From Amoeboaphelidium occidentale (lineage: Eukaryota), in the NCBI GenBank assembly GCA_023515795.1, contig JALGPX010000097.1:1-54011 (forward strand): a stretch of DNA of 54,011 bases, written 5' to 3'. The notes beneath the pieces were generated by a model, which was not told the DNA's origin, ran no database searches, and saw only the letters and a list, made by a program, of their open reading frames with translations. Below, piece after piece: positions 10,979-23,700 of this stretch. Numbering within the stretch: position 1 is the first letter of the stretch; each line of letters starts with the position of its first letter. Made by a program: the position numbers and the translations under genes.

Positions 10979-11749
10979 CTATTTACAGCGAGCATGCACT
11001 TTGACAGAGTAATACCCAGAACTGTGCCACAACACTATTCCAACTGTTGCGCAGTATGCAACAGAAAATACAGATAGTAATGCACCAGCCCAGAATCTTA
11101 TATCAACTTCATGATAAAAGAAGAATATACTCTTTATCAGTAGGTGTTTTTCAATGTTGGGTTCGTCAGCATATTCCAGTAGGAATCTGTTGGACCTAAG
11201 AATGATCTCTACGCAAGCCCATGTCAAAACCATCATTGATAAAGTCATAAGGAACACTAGAGCTCTTAATACCTTATCATGCATTAGAACGAAAGGAGCT
11301 GAAACCTTTTGTGCAACAATATCATACTCATCAAGACAACGTGTGCATTTGATATCCATAAAGTTCAACGAAACATTTCCATCAACAGCACGAAATGGCT
11401 TGAGAATTTGGATCTTCTCTAACCATTCTGAGCAATTCACGCCTGTGCATCTTTGCCATGCTGCATTAATCTTCTCTTGATGTTGTTTCAAGAGAGCATT
11501 GATCGTATCCTCAGCCACGAATGGCACAGGCTCTTCGATATAGCCACGAGGATTCTTTGAGTTCACAATGTTCTTGATGTACGTGTTTATGCAGTTCTCG
11601 TGGATATACTGTAAATCTTTGTCTTTGCAGCCGTGGCATGCTCTTATCAAACGGTTTTCTGGCGACTCTCTCGTTTCCCAACACGCCCAACACATTGGCT
11701 GGTTCATTTCTTGCTTTGCTACAGGCTCATATTCAATTTTCGTATGCAT
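10979..11749 (-). CDS. RING-CH (MARCH-like) membrane E3 ligase-like protein
   Basis: CWAC...C.GC...YIH..C followed later by CTRC, then two TM helices. ATG at 11749 avoids overlap with the LysM gene. Confidence 0.65.
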   Translation of the reverse strand: MHTKIEYEPVAKQEMNQPMCWACWETRESPENRLIRACHGCKDKDLQYIHENCINTYIKNIVNSKNPRGYIEEPVPFVAEDTINALLKQHQEKINAAWQRCTGVNCSEWLEKIQILKPFRAVDGNVSLNFMDIKCTRCLDEYDIVAQKVSAPFVLMHDKVLRALVFLMTLSMMVLTWACVEIILRSNRFLLEYADEPNIEKHLLIKSIFFFYHEVDIRFWAGALLSVFSVAYCATVGIVLWHSSGYYSVKVHARCK

Positions 11750-11912
11750 TAAGCTGAAAAGGGATTTGCTCCATTGTGAACCTCTCGGCCGCCAATCTTG
11801 TGAAACCGCGATTTCCTTGGCCCAATATGATTGAGTGATCTGGAATGTTACGTGAATATCATGCAGCAAAACATCGAAAACAAAGTTTTTGGAAACTCGG
11901 ATTTTATTCGTT

Positions 11913-12284
11913 TTAGTAATTTGGAACGCGGATTGTCTGGCCAATAGAAATTTGATTAGGATCAGCCAAATCCCAATTGCAGTCCAGCATGCAATCTAGG
12001 CCACGATTGTAACGTGCTCCAATTGAAGTGAGTGTTTCGCCTGGTTGGACAACGTATGGGAAATAACCCTTGCATTGAGGAAACTTGATCTCTTGACCGA
12101 TCTGCAACTTGGTAGGATCTTGACCTTTATTGCAGAGCAGTAAGACGTTCACGGAAATACCACTCTTAGTTCCGAGACCCCAGAAAGTGTCACCAGCTTG
12201 AATATTGTATCTTCCTGAACACGCTTCAGTTCCGGTGGAGAATAGTGCGATTGCGGTTGTGGCGATTAAAGCTAAAACTCTCAT
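11913..12284 (-). CDS. Secreted tandem LysM protein
   Basis: Signal peptide plus two LysM motifs (YNIQAGDTFWGL...LQIGQEIKFP; YVVQPGETLTSIG...ISIGQTIRVP) with cysteines. Confidence 0.9.
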   Translation of the reverse strand: MRVLALIATTAIALFSTGTEACSGRYNIQAGDTFWGLGTKSGISVNVLLLCNKGQDPTKLQIGQEIKFPQCKGYFPYVVQPGETLTSIGARYNRGLDCMLDCNWDLADPNQISIGQTIRVPNY

Positions 12285-12530
12285 TGTTATTTCTTGGAAT
12301 ATTATTTCGAGCTCAGTGCTGTCCTTTTATCTTGATATTCTGTATCGTTACATTGTTGCATTTGTAACGTTACATTGAATCATGATCCTATCCGTGTGAT
12401 ATCGACGGCAAGTTTCAAGATTCAACTACTCACATCGAGAAACATCATACTCAGGAGCCCAAAACTTAAGAATTTACTGCAAATAATTCGAAATTTATTT
12501 AAAAGATAACTTGATTCGGAGCGTTCCTAT

Positions 12531-12953
12531 TCAAGCCATATGTGAATACTGACGCGATAGAGGTTCGCTAGACAGCGTATTTGGATCAGCGGGAACTTGA
12601 ATTTCTTGGCCTGGCACTAAACTGTCTGGTCTTGGTAATCTGTAGTTACAGTCAAGAATGTCGCCAACATTAGCATCGAACATCTTCGCGACAGTTTCAA
12701 GAGTTTCACCCTCGCCAACAACATAAGGTCGCGATACTTTGCATTCAGGGTACTTGATAACTTGACCAGCTTTCAGATTAAATATATCCACATCTTGGTT
12801 GCACATTTTCAAAACATTCAAAGAGATGAAGTTTCTGGCTGCGACAGCAAAAGGTGTTTCACCCTTCTTGAGAGTGTAACTGCCGGAACACGCTTCAGCA
12901 TTCCAAAAGAAAGTAGTAAATAACAATGCTGCGGAAATTCTTGGAAAAATCAT
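12531..12953 (-). CDS. Secreted tandem LysM protein (paralog)
   Basis: Signal peptide and the same EACSG.Y start, two LysM motifs and matching cysteine spacing as the 11913-12284 gene. Confidence 0.9.
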   Translation of the reverse strand: MIFPRISAALLFTTFFWNAEACSGSYTLKKGETPFAVAARNFISLNVLKMCNQDVDIFNLKAGQVIKYPECKVSRPYVVGEGETLETVAKMFDANVGDILDCNYRLPRPDSLVPGQEIQVPADPNTLSSEPLSRQYSHMA

Positions 12954-13159
12954 TTGATACTTTCAAAAGATTTCGCGATTCCGGGTTTAAGTATCATTAT
13001 TGCATCGTGTATCCTGGCGAGGTTGTTTCATGATCCACTGAATCAAGGTTGAATCAGCTCGAGTTCAGGTAGGTTCGAACTTAGGAGAAAATGTCGAGTA
13101 GATGATAACTCAGAGCAGGCATTTATTGAAGCTCAATCTTTAGAGCACTCTGAAAGAAT

Positions 13160-14920
13160 TCATTTAAATTGAATATCCCATTTTTCCTGCTGATCTTTCG
13201 TCACAAGGAGATGAGTGCCGTCGTGCTTCAGGAAAAATTTCCCAACGCGGCTTTCTATAACTCCGTCTTTTCTTAAAATCCACCTTTGATTTTCATTATT
13301 ATTGGCTTTCTTGGAGTACAAGATAACTGAAAACTTTGCTTGCACCATTGCCTTTAGTTTGGAGTACTCGCAAATGTCCAAGACTTTTGAAGTTTCCAAG
13401 TTCTCTATGAAACCATCGGTCTCGCGCCACAGAATGCTTTTGCTTTGATCAGAATCATTTGTCAAAGTAAGATCCTTTGTCAAAAATTTTCCCTTCTGAG
13501 TAATAAGAAAGCAACCTTCTGGATATCGTCTCTGATCAACATTTGAAATTGGACTTGAAGGCACAACCGCATTTATACTCGACTGAGCTGAAAATTCTTG
13601 AGTCGATTCTTGACTGAAATTTGATTCATTGTCTTTACTTGCGGCCTTCATCTGCTCCGCAACACTCAGATCATTCACTTGAGAATCTAAAGGCTCCGTT
13701 TTCTTGATATGGCCAGAGTTAATCGGAGACTCAAGTACACGAGCATCATCAGGATTTTGCTTTTCATTCAAAGAATTGCTGAATGTTTTCAGAAAACAAA
13801 CTAATTCATCTGCAGCTACTGGCGAAATGACCCAAAAAGTGTAAGGTTGACTTGAAGACGCATGTACAGTCTCACTTTCCTCCTTTAAAAAAAATCCCCT
13901 CGCCTTACTCTCAATTAGACCGTTCGAGCCAATTATCCATTGCTGATTTACGTTGTCTGAAGACTTCTTTGGGTGCATTATTACATCCATTCTCGAGGAA
14001 AAAAATGCTTTGGCAGAAGAGAAACCAGAAATATCCAAAACAGCGGAACGATCATTGTTGAAAATAAACCCGTCCTGCTCGAACCATAGCACATCAAAGC
14101 CAAAGACATTTTCAACAAAGTGCAGATTATTATTTAAGGCTTTACCAGATGCCTTGCTTATGATCCTAAAGGGAACAGATTCTTTTCGATTGCTCGCATT
14201 ATTCTTGCGCGGATCTGTCGTTGCAGTCATTGTTTTGAATCTTAAGTAGTTTCGTATATTCTCCAAAAACTCGGTTTGAGTTTCTCTTGCCATGTCAGGC
14301 CTACCTTTAACTACCTCAACCAGAGACCTTGCTTGAGAAACTACCGGAAATCTCTTAGAAAATTTTTCCTGAGTTTCACGAGCTTCTGCTGTGTTTCCTT
14401 TGATAGCATACACTGCGGATTTAACCTGAGAAACAAAGGGAATAATTGTAGTTGCATCGTGTAATTCCTGCTTTATTTCCCCCAAGCCCTCAGCGATATT
14501 TGTTTCATCGAGAAAATCACAATACAAGTTGTACATCATATTGGATAGCAACGGCAGAGTGCATGGAATAATAGACGGTACGATGTAGGAATTTCCTGTG
14601 AGTACAACAGCTATCGCACCAACCAAAGAGGCTTGTGCATGTAAAGATCGTTTGATCATATTGGCCGATCGTTCAGATCCATTAAGTAAATATACCCCAA
14701 TGAACAAAAGTACATGTGCTCCTGTCAAGAGATTCACGCTTAAGGAAGATACTGATGCCATAAAATACCAAAATGAGAGAAGTACCATAGCTAATCCAAG
14801 CACTAAATCAAATTAGAGTTTTGTAACAAGAATAGAATTACGCTTATCAGCTCTGTTTAGTCTCCGCACGAAGAACTGAGCAATAACGTTGAGATAATTA
14901 AGCAGCTGCAATACTATCAT
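13160..14920 (-). CDS. Membrane-anchored protein with two ricin-B-like lectin domains
   Basis: Hydrophobic N-terminus, two VSQ..S.V..(I/V)KG....ARETQ..F repeats, two domains with VLDI...NQ(Q/R)W. A predicted 39-nt intron at 14803-14841 keeps the frame from ATG 14920. Confidence 0.6.
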
Positions 14921-15102
14921 ATGCCTGTTGACGGTGAGAAATGTGCTGCTTGAATGACTTATTCTGCTACCATCATGAAACACCCAATCATTTTGAACCG
15001 AGGGAAGCAATTCTGCTGCAATACATTAACTCAATAATTTTCGACAAGTAGAAAGCTCCAAAAATCGTTTTATTGACTAAGGCGCAAGTCAGCCCTTCAT
15101 CA

Positions 15103-17479
15103 TTATGGGAACTCGCGTTTCCATAAATTGCATTTATCCTTTGCATTCATTCTGGAGTCAGCAGAACACTGGAACGCTTTCAAGAACGCTGAAGATTGAG
15201 ACATCATAGCATTTACTCTTATTGGGTCGATAGTATGGGCAGATAAACCAGACTTGTTTCTTTCCAATTCCTCTTTGATTGTTAGAACCGAATACCTGCT
15301 GCACCAAGTTTGCCCTGCAGCAACAAAGAAAATCTGATCACCAGTTAAATCAGATAATCCAGGAAGTTTGGTCTCTTTTACAGTTCCAGACATAGCTTCG
15401 TGAGCCATCTTAATTCCGATCTTATCAGCGACGTTTTCTCCCAAAGTCTTGTTTCCTTCGTTAATTTCTCCAACCAGAGTATAATTGCTGTAATGTCTGA
15501 CCAAGCATCTATATTCTTCAATAAATTCATCGCGATCCTCATCAGCCAGCCAACTTTCTTCAATACGATCACTGTCGAAAGCGTGTCCGATTTCATGTCC
15601 TAAAATGTAACCAAGAGATCCATAGTAAACAGACGCTGGATAATCTGTTGAAAACCAAGGTGGAGTCAAAGTAGAAATCTGGATTACTATTGAATTGTAA
15701 AATGGTTGGTAGAAAGCATTAGGTTCCGTTAGCCAGTCAGTGGAGCTTAAAACATTTCTATACATCGAAAATCTATCGGAAAACCGAGCTGCCTGGAACT
15801 TTCTTAAAAACATCCACTTCGGAATATTTCTTCTCCAAGTGTCTCCGTAAGCAATAGACCCGTCTTCCTCATCTGATAAAGTAAACTCTCGAAAGAATGC
15901 TTCGAAGAAACGATCATCCAGAAATGTTTGAGGATAGCCATAAATTACTTCGATGGCATCTAGTTTTGAGACCATACCGGCTTTAGTGTCAGAACTCAGC
16001 CTTTCGCTGTTCTGAATCTGTTTTTTAAAGCTGCTTTTCAGGTTCTCAAACATGTTTTTGACGATATCGATCGAAGCATCGACTACTTCTTTTTACGCCA
16101 CCGAGTACCACCTTACGAAAGCTACTTGAAACGTACTAATGACTTCTTGGAGACAAATTTCTTCCAGGACACCAGCATCATTCAAACGGTTGTCGAGTAA
16201 ATAAGGGGATTTCCATGGAATATCACTTTCCAAGTAAACTCGAGTAGCTGCAGAGTAAGCAAGCATGGTTATTGGCTCAGCGTTCGAAAAGATAACGTTC
16301 AGCCTTGATAAAAACCCAGGGTTTAAAACCTTAACTGTAGTTTCCAATGAATAATGAAAACTATCAGCAAGAAGTGTCCAGTTGAAGACACCAGGATAAT
16401 TAGAGTTTAGCTGACTGAATTTCATCATCAATGGTTCATCCTCCTCGTTTTCGTCAAAAGCATCAAGCACCGAATCATGAAGAGCCAACAAATGTGTCAT
16501 GATTTCATTACCGTGTGAGGAGCCATTGAAAGAAGTAGCTACAAGTGCTAAAGCTATAATAAACTCCTCATTTTCATAGAATTCCTTGTTTGCTTGACCA
16601 AGTACCACCAATGGATCACAGGTATCCCGACCACTGCATTCAATGTCAGGAACCACAAACCATGCACCGCTTACCATAAATGATTCGTAAATGAGCTGCT
16701 GAATCTCTGATTTCAGTTCTGCGTCGCTCATCAGGAAGATTTCATCAGGAATAAACCAACTCTGTTCTTCCTCGTCAGAGCCTTCAATAATGATAACTGG
16801 ATCTTCTTGAGATACAGAGAAGGTCCCGCATTGGCGATAAAACTTTTTCATTTTTTCGAATACTTCCTGGTCGATCTTGCTATTGTTCAAAAATTCGTGA
16901 AACCCAACCAAATTCTCGTCAAGGGCCACGATAGCACGAACTCTATCAGAATTTCGTAATTTGATCATATCGCTGATCTGCTTTTCTGGACGATTATCTT
17001 CTTGCCATGAGCCACAGGAGTATTTGTAGAAGTCATCACAAGGATCAANNNNNNNNNNNNNNNNNNNNNTTCAAAAATTCGTGAAACCCAACCAAATTCT
17101 CGTCAAGGTCCATGATAGCACGAACTCTATCAGAATTTCGTAATCTGATCATATCTCTGATCTGCTTTTCTGGACGATTATCTTCTTGCCATGAGCCACA
17201 GGAGTATTTGTAGAAGTCATCACAAGGATCAACATCAAAGTCCATGCGAGAAATCATGGCACCAGCGGTTTCAGCACAATCGGGAGTTAGACAAACATCA
17301 TTAACCTTACAAGACTCTTGAGACTGTAAAGCATCAACTTGAGCCTTAGTAACAAAGAACAGTGCCATGAAGGTTGCTGCAGTTACCAAAGTTAGCAGGA
17401 GCATGACACACATGATCTTGACATAGGATTTGCGTTCAGCAACGGTAGAGAGATCGATTAAGCCTTTTAACTTACTCAT
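15103..17479 (-). CDS. M13 family (neprilysin/ECE-like) type II membrane metallopeptidase, with an in-frame TAA and an assembly gap
   Basis: N-terminal TM, C.T..C...VDPCDDFYKYSCG.W, NAFY, HEIGH, GENVAD, AF.C...S.MN...KC.LW. In-frame TAA at 16093-16095. N gap near 17049-17068 with duplicated flanks. Confidence 0.85.
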
Positions 17480-18051
17480 TATCTACACTGTAGAGATATT
17501 ATTTTTAGAACTACCCCTGTGAACCAGGGTCATATCGCACTCCATTGGTTTGATATTAATAGATTCTCAAGAAATTACTGCAAGAAATCCTCCAATAAGT
17601 GAAGCCATTAAATAAAAGGCTTGAATATCAACAGGTCTCGAATAATTCATCCCAATTGAAGCAGTGAAATAGCTTAAATCAGGTGCAATGTTATGATCAG
17701 CGGATATCTACAACCGTGCTGACAATCTCGGCGCTCTGCATGAACTTAGCAATAAATGCAAACGAACCACTATGATCTCTCCCTTTGACTTTTTAAATCA
17801 CTTTCATGCTAGCCTGTTGAACTCTTTCCGCCTTTAGTTCGTAAACGCTCAGATCTAGTAAAAGACTTGAAACCAAGCAAGTATCCAAATCAGATGTTTT
17901 GTAGTTTAATATCTTTCCTTCAGAGACTGCCTCGACAGCTTATTCCGTAAATCATAATAAGGTAGAAGAGTTGAAACATGGTGGCGCAGCTTGTTGACCA
18001 GCAATCGGATCTGCCGATACATCTCATCAGTTTTTCAACTCGACGCTCAAA

Positions 18052-19563
18052 ATGATGAAGAACCACACCATCGGCTACAAAAGGTTTCTGTTGTTTTGTG
18101 CAATTTTGTTCTGGTCCAGTTTGCTGTTGTTGAGGTTCAGCGAGCCTAATGCAGAGGCAAATAGTTCAATCTATGACACTGAGGATATACGCACACCATC
18201 AAACAAATTAAACTTGAGCCAAATTGAGACTTTCAACCGGTCGTTGGTATACTTCAATATGACCCCTGAATTGCATGAGAAACTTGAATACGCTGCACCT
18301 GGTAAAATGTTGGAACATTGCGAGAACAGAATTAACATTTGGTTACCGTCCTCGAAAGATTATCAAAGATTTGCCTATCTCAAAGATATCGTAAGTTATA
18401 GAGATCCCAGTGTTGAAGGCGGTGTTGGTACTTGTTTGGTCGCAAGGCGTCGTGATGTTGACAGCAGTACGAGACAAAACGTTATGAAACAGCTTTACAT
18501 ACCGCGAGTACACGGAACAAGGGCATGCGAGAAACTCCACAACTTTCAGAAAGTTAACCCAACATATCAGCTTTCCATAGAATGTTCTGAAACAGAAGAT
18601 ATCATTGAACCGGAAGTTAAGATTGAAGTGTATAATCCGTTCCTTATTACAGTTAATGATGCAATAATTAATCAAGTTGGCACTGTCATAAAAGGCATGT
18701 CAGTAATTGGTCTAATTAGTCCCTGTGCGGCTGCTTACAATGATAAATTCGATCCACCAGTCAAACTGGGACCACTAAAGTTTAGGAATGTCAGCATGTT
18801 GACTGAACACGATAAAGTGTTTGTGGTGTCGCAGATATGGGGAGACAACCATTATCATGCTTTAGTGGAAGATTTGCCTCGTATTGCATTTCATATTGAT
18901 GAACTTTTATCAATGTCAGATGTGAAGATTCATGTGACACAAGGTACGCAAGCGATGCTCAACTATTTAAATCTTTTGGGATTCCCTAAGGAGAGAATAA
19001 TTCAGGGTCCTGTTAATGCATCAACTGTCTTTTTACCTGAAACATCATTGCGTTGTGGCAGAGCTGGAGCAGAGCAGTTGTCCGAGCTAAGAAGAAGATT
19101 GAGGTTGGGATACGCTGAGAGGTTTGGCCAGACCACCGATAATGCTAAAAATAAGCTTCAAGGAGTTATTGTCAAACGCAAATCGGCAAGGTCAATTAAG
19201 AATTTTGAAGGTTTTCAGAAGCTTGTTGAACGATATTTTCCAGAGGTCGAATTCCATCTTTACGATGATAAGAATTTACCCACTTGGAATGAAACTTTTC
19301 GAATGTGGTACAATGCTGACATTGTTATTGCGCCTCATGGAGCTGGTCTATCTAATTCAGTACTGTGCAAAGAGGGAACTGTTATTATCGAGTTTATCAC
19401 GCAAGACACAAATTTATGCTTCATGCAAATGAGTTTAGATTTGAACTTTAAATATCATACAATGCTCCCTGAAGTTTCTAGCCATGGCGGTCCGATGATT
19501 GTTGAACTGGACGAGTTGGAGTTTTTGCTAATGGAGATAAGAAATGATATGTTTCAAGCATAA
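18052..19563 (+). CDS. Glycosyltransferase family 61 (DUF563) type II membrane protein
   Basis: N-terminal TM, N.YH...E.LPR, R.I.N and ADIVIAPHGAGLSN.....GT.IIE motifs. Confidence 0.85.
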   Translation: MMKNHTIGYKRFLLFCAILFWSSLLLLRFSEPNAEANSSIYDTEDIRTPSNKLNLSQIETFNRSLVYFNMTPELHEKLEYAAPGKMLEHCENRINIWLPSSKDYQRFAYLKDIVSYRDPSVEGGVGTCLVARRRDVDSSTRQNVMKQLYIPRVHGTRACEKLHNFQKVNPTYQLSIECSETEDIIEPEVKIEVYNPFLITVNDAIINQVGTVIKGMSVIGLISPCAAAYNDKFDPPVKLGPLKFRNVSMLTEHDKVFVVSQIWGDNHYHALVEDLPRIAFHIDELLSMSDVKIHVTQGTQAMLNYLNLLGFPKERIIQGPVNASTVFLPETSLRCGRAGAEQLSELRRRLRLGYAERFGQTTDNAKNKLQGVIVKRKSARSIKNFEGFQKLVERYFPEVEFHLYDDKNLPTWNETFRMWYNADIVIAPHGAGLSNSVLCKEGTVIIEFITQDTNLCFMQMSLDLNFKYHTMLPEVSSHGGPMIVELDELEFLLMEIRNDMFQA

Positions 19564-19732
19564 CTATGGTTTACTCATTCCTTCAGAAATAGTAACGAGC
19601 GTAAACATTTCAAACATACAACTTTTGAGAAGGCTTTATCAATAAAGTCTTTATTTTGAGCCTTTGCTTTAACTCGCGTAGCTGAAACAACATCACAGCG
19701 CATCGTTTCTGGCGAGCGAGACAACAATCAGA

Positions 19733-20692
19733 ATGGTCGCTGTCAAACCGGAAATTTGGACTGAAAAGTACCGCCCAAAAACATTAACGGAAGTCACTTC
19801 ACACTCCGAAATCACTTCGACTTTACGTAAAACTTCTAATCTGCCTCATTTGTTGTTTTACGGACCAGCGGTAAGTTCATTTACCCGAAAACATGCTGAA
19901 TTCTTAAAGGGCACCGGTAAAACGTCGACTGCTTTGGCGCTGTGCAGGGACCTCTTTAAGAATGAGAAGAGAGTTTTGGAATTGAATGCATCCGATGAGC
20001 GTGGCATTTCTGTTATTCGAGAAAAGATTAAAGCATTTGCAAAGTTGACTGTTGCGCAGAAGGAAGGCATGCCACAGTTTAAAGTTGTGATTTTGGACGA
20101 ATGCGACTCTTTGACTTCTGAAGCGCAGGCTGCTTTGCGTAGAACAATGGAAGTGTTCTCCAGGCACACACGATTCATTCTGATTTGTAATTACATTTCC
20201 AGAATTATTGAGCCTTTAAGTTCCCGTTGCGCAAAGTTTCGCTTTAAGCCTCTGCCAAGGGAAGTCTGTGTTGGAAAGCTGAAGCAGATTTGCGACTCTG
20301 AGAAATTATCAATTGAAACCGCGATTCTGGAGAAAATATGCGACGGCTGTGATGGTGATTTGCGAAGATGCATAACGCTGTTACAGACTTTGAAGGGAAA
20401 CTACGATTTAATTGATGATTGCTTGGGTGTTGTTCCTGAGAACGTCGTTGTTGATGTTTACTTGAAACAGGGAAATATCGATCATGTGCTGATGAATGGA
20501 TACTCACCATTTCAGCTTGTACTTCAAGTCTTTGATTATATTCAAATGGAACCAACAATGAGCAACAAGCAAAAGAGTTTGATCGCAGCAAAGTTGGCTG
20601 TAGTGGAAAAGTGTTTAATTGATGGTGCCTCTTCAAGACTTCAATTGCTGGATCTATTTTATTTCTGTAAATCTATCATGGCCTCGGCTTAA
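19733..20692 (+). CDS. RFC2: Replication factor C small subunit (yeast Rfc2 / human RFC4-like)
   Basis: [21 protein letters not shown] and SRC motifs. Walker A (GPAGTGKT) is restored by removing the 39-nt intron at 19871-19909. Confidence 0.9.
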   Translation: MVAVKPEIWTEKYRPKTLTEVTSHSEITSTLRKTSNLPHLLFYGPAVSSFTRKHAEFLKGTGKTSTALALCRDLFKNEKRVLELNASDERGISVIREKIKAFAKLTVAQKEGMPQFKVVILDECDSLTSEAQAALRRTMEVFSRHTRFILICNYISRIIEPLSSRCAKFRFKPLPREVCVGKLKQICDSEKLSIETAILEKICDGCDGDLRRCITLLQTLKGNYDLIDDCLGVVPENVVVDVYLKQGNIDHVLMNGYSPFQLVLQVFDYIQMEPTMSNKQKSLIAAKLAVVEKCLIDGASSRLQLLDLFYFCKSIMASA

Positions 20693-20762
20693 AGGAAATA
20701 AATGCCAGCTTGCTAAATTGTCTCGCTTGCTTGGGTGATTTCAAACTTGTTTCAAATTCATA

Positions 20763-23700
20763 ATGAGAACCACTCTATTGATACTTTTCATCTTTCATCT
20801 GCTTTTCCTTCATGTTGCATGCCTTGATCATATTAAAAGCTTCTTGTTACAGATCGACTTCACTGTAGTTCAGGCTATTATTGTTCAGAATGGATCGTTG
20901 TTCCACACAACTGGTATTGATATTGTACAGAAGGACACTGATACTGGACTCATAAGAAGAACATTGAGAGCACACAGTCAAGCTGTTCAGAATATGGTTC
21001 TGGTAGACAGGCAGACATTGGTTAGTGTTGCTTGGGATGATCTTCTAGTCGTGTGGGATCTGCCCACAGGATCGATCATCCGGAGAATAAATCTGACACC
21101 AAGGAATTTGTATCCGCAAAAGCTTTCATTCACTGATAGTCGTATAATTGTTGGAAATGCAGAAAATTCACTTACAATTGCGAACTATCAAACAGGGAGG
21201 ATTCTGAACACCCTTCAAACTGGCTCTGGAGTCTTGTCCATATTGGTTCACGATAATCTGATCTATATTGCAAAGAATGGTCCGGCTTATGTTGTAACAG
21301 TTTCTGCATTGAATGGTCTTCTTGAAGGCAGCTATGATGGTAACAGTCGACGCAGTTTGGACTCACATTTGTAGCACTTAATGCTCAGGTTAATCATATG
21401 ATCATATACAAGGATGTCCTTTATACTGGTGGTGACGGAAAAGTTGTGGTAGCTTGGAACGTTGATGATATAGCCATAATAAGGATGTTCAACGGTCATC
21501 AATTCAGCATTCAGTCATTGGTTGCTCAAAATGGGTACTTGTTCAGCGGAGACGCAAATTCCTTTATTTTCAAGTGGAATATTGAAACAGGCGAGTTAGT
21601 GAAAAGGTTTGTTCCGATTATGGAAGGTTTTCTATTGACGATGGCTATCGATGATGCCTTGTATTCCGGCTCAAGTGGTGCCATTGTCGTCAAAAGAGAT
21701 GTCGAGACTGGTGATATTCTAGATGTATTCTCTGGCTTTAACAAGAAACTTCGGGCAATAGCTCGCTGGAAGAATGTTTTAATAAGTGGGGGAGAAGATG
21801 GTAGAGCGCTGTTCTGGGATACAGATAAGAGTGTCGATGAGCCCTTTTGGGTATTATATCCTAACTATGGTTCAGTTTATGCGCTCATGGTACGAGATGA
21901 CAATCTTTACTCTGGAGGAATCAATGCTATTGTAGTGCAGTTTGACTTGATAAGTTTTCAAATGCAATTAAACTTTGTTGGGCACAACGATACTGTCCTT
22001 TCACTTGATGCAGATGATAAATACTTGTTTTCGGCAGGAAAGGATTTAGATATAAGAGAGTGGAACATAACTACTGGCGCTTCATTAAGACAATTTCTAA
22101 ATCATAACAGCGATATCAGTTCAATTCAGAAGCAATCAAATTTCCTTCTCTCTAGCAGCTGGGATACTACGGCTGTATTATGGGATTTAAATGGTGGAAC
22201 AATTTTCAAAGTATATCAAATCAAGGAAACTGTCTACACAGCTATCATGATCGGCGACATCCTGTACGTTGGTTGCTCTACTCTCGTAATGTTTGAAAAA
22301 CAATCCGGCTCAATGATCTTTACTGCTAACGGTGTTTCTGCTGTGTATGACGTTACTGCAGACTCTTTGTTTTTATACACAGCAGGTCTCGACCCAAATA
22401 TTTATGCTTTGCGACAAGATACACTTGAACTTGTAGCAGCGTTCAGAGGCCATTCAGACAGTGTGTTATCATTAGTGTTAGACAATACTGGGGTACTCTA
22501 TTCAGCAGCTTACGATGGAAGTATGAAGAAGTGGGATATGATATCAAAGAGAGTAGCATACTCTTTTGAACTTGTGTATCGAGGTGTGACTAGATTGCAC
22601 CAATTAGATGGACTATTAGTTGTTGGTCTAAGAAACGGAAGAATTAATGTTTACAACATTGACGATGGAATTGCTCAATATCTTATTCCTGGACACCCAA
22701 GAGCGATTACCTCTTTGATAACGTTTAACGGATCATTGTATTCCACGGGACTTGACGGCGCATTCAGAAAGTTTTCAGATTTGTCAAAACAACCGAGTAT
22801 TCTATTGAATACAACTTCGACTCCTTTGCTTTCTCTATCAAAAAATTCAAGGATGATGTTTCTTCTTGTTGGAGAGTCGGATATTATTTCATACGATCCC
22901 AAGATTTTTATGTTCACTAATTTTTCGTTCTCTATAGCAGTTCCACTTACATGTCTGGCTTCCACAGAGTCAATGATCTTTGCAGGCTCTCGATCTGGAA
23001 ACTTAATAGGCTGGGACATCTCATCACAAAATTTGCAATTCAATTACGCAGGGCATAACGGCCGTCTCAACGCCTTAGCTATAACTGATAAGAATATTTT
23101 TTCATCTTCTGACGATCAGACAATAATTCAATGGTCTATCGATAAAGTTGAGATCAAGCGAAAGTTTGTGAAATCATCTTCGAACCTTGGTCACTTAGGT
23201 CCAGTTAATGACGTATCTGTTTGTAACAACGTCTTGTTTTCTGCGGGATCAGATCTTGTTACTAGGCGATGGAATCTAGAGACTGGAAAGCATGAAGATA
23301 TTTACATTGGGCATTCAAAACCCGTTATTGCACTTCTCTGCTACAACGGATCTGTTTTCTCAGGAAGCCAAGATTTTTCAGTTCTGATGTATAGGCCATC
23401 ATTTCCACCGGCTGGATCATTTCCAACCACAACTTCCAGCTCTCTACAACGACCAACCAGGAGAGATCGCCAAGTAAGACTTTCTCAAAACGAAAGCACA
23501 GGAAACTCTTTTTCTGTGCTTCTGAGTGTTGTTTATGTTGTTATTTCTATTCTTGTGGGATGTGTATTGCTGATTTATGTATCGAACAGACTGCGCAAGA
23601 AAGAAATAAGTGAGCCGAAAAGTCCTGGAACCGATGATCAAAGTGGAAGAACTGACAGTTCCATCACAGATCTTGAGACCTTGATGAACACTTCTTTGGG

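Noticed and set aside
16093..16095. Stop-codon reassignment (TAA read as Gln)
   Set aside because: TAA and TAG terminate conserved genes such as RAD23, RFC2 and NDUFB11 at expected positions, and long ORFs are free of in-frame stops.
16885..17232. Apparent internal duplication in the M13 peptidase gene
   Set aside because: Near-identical copies flank an N run, which is typical of an unmerged contig or haplotype overlap.
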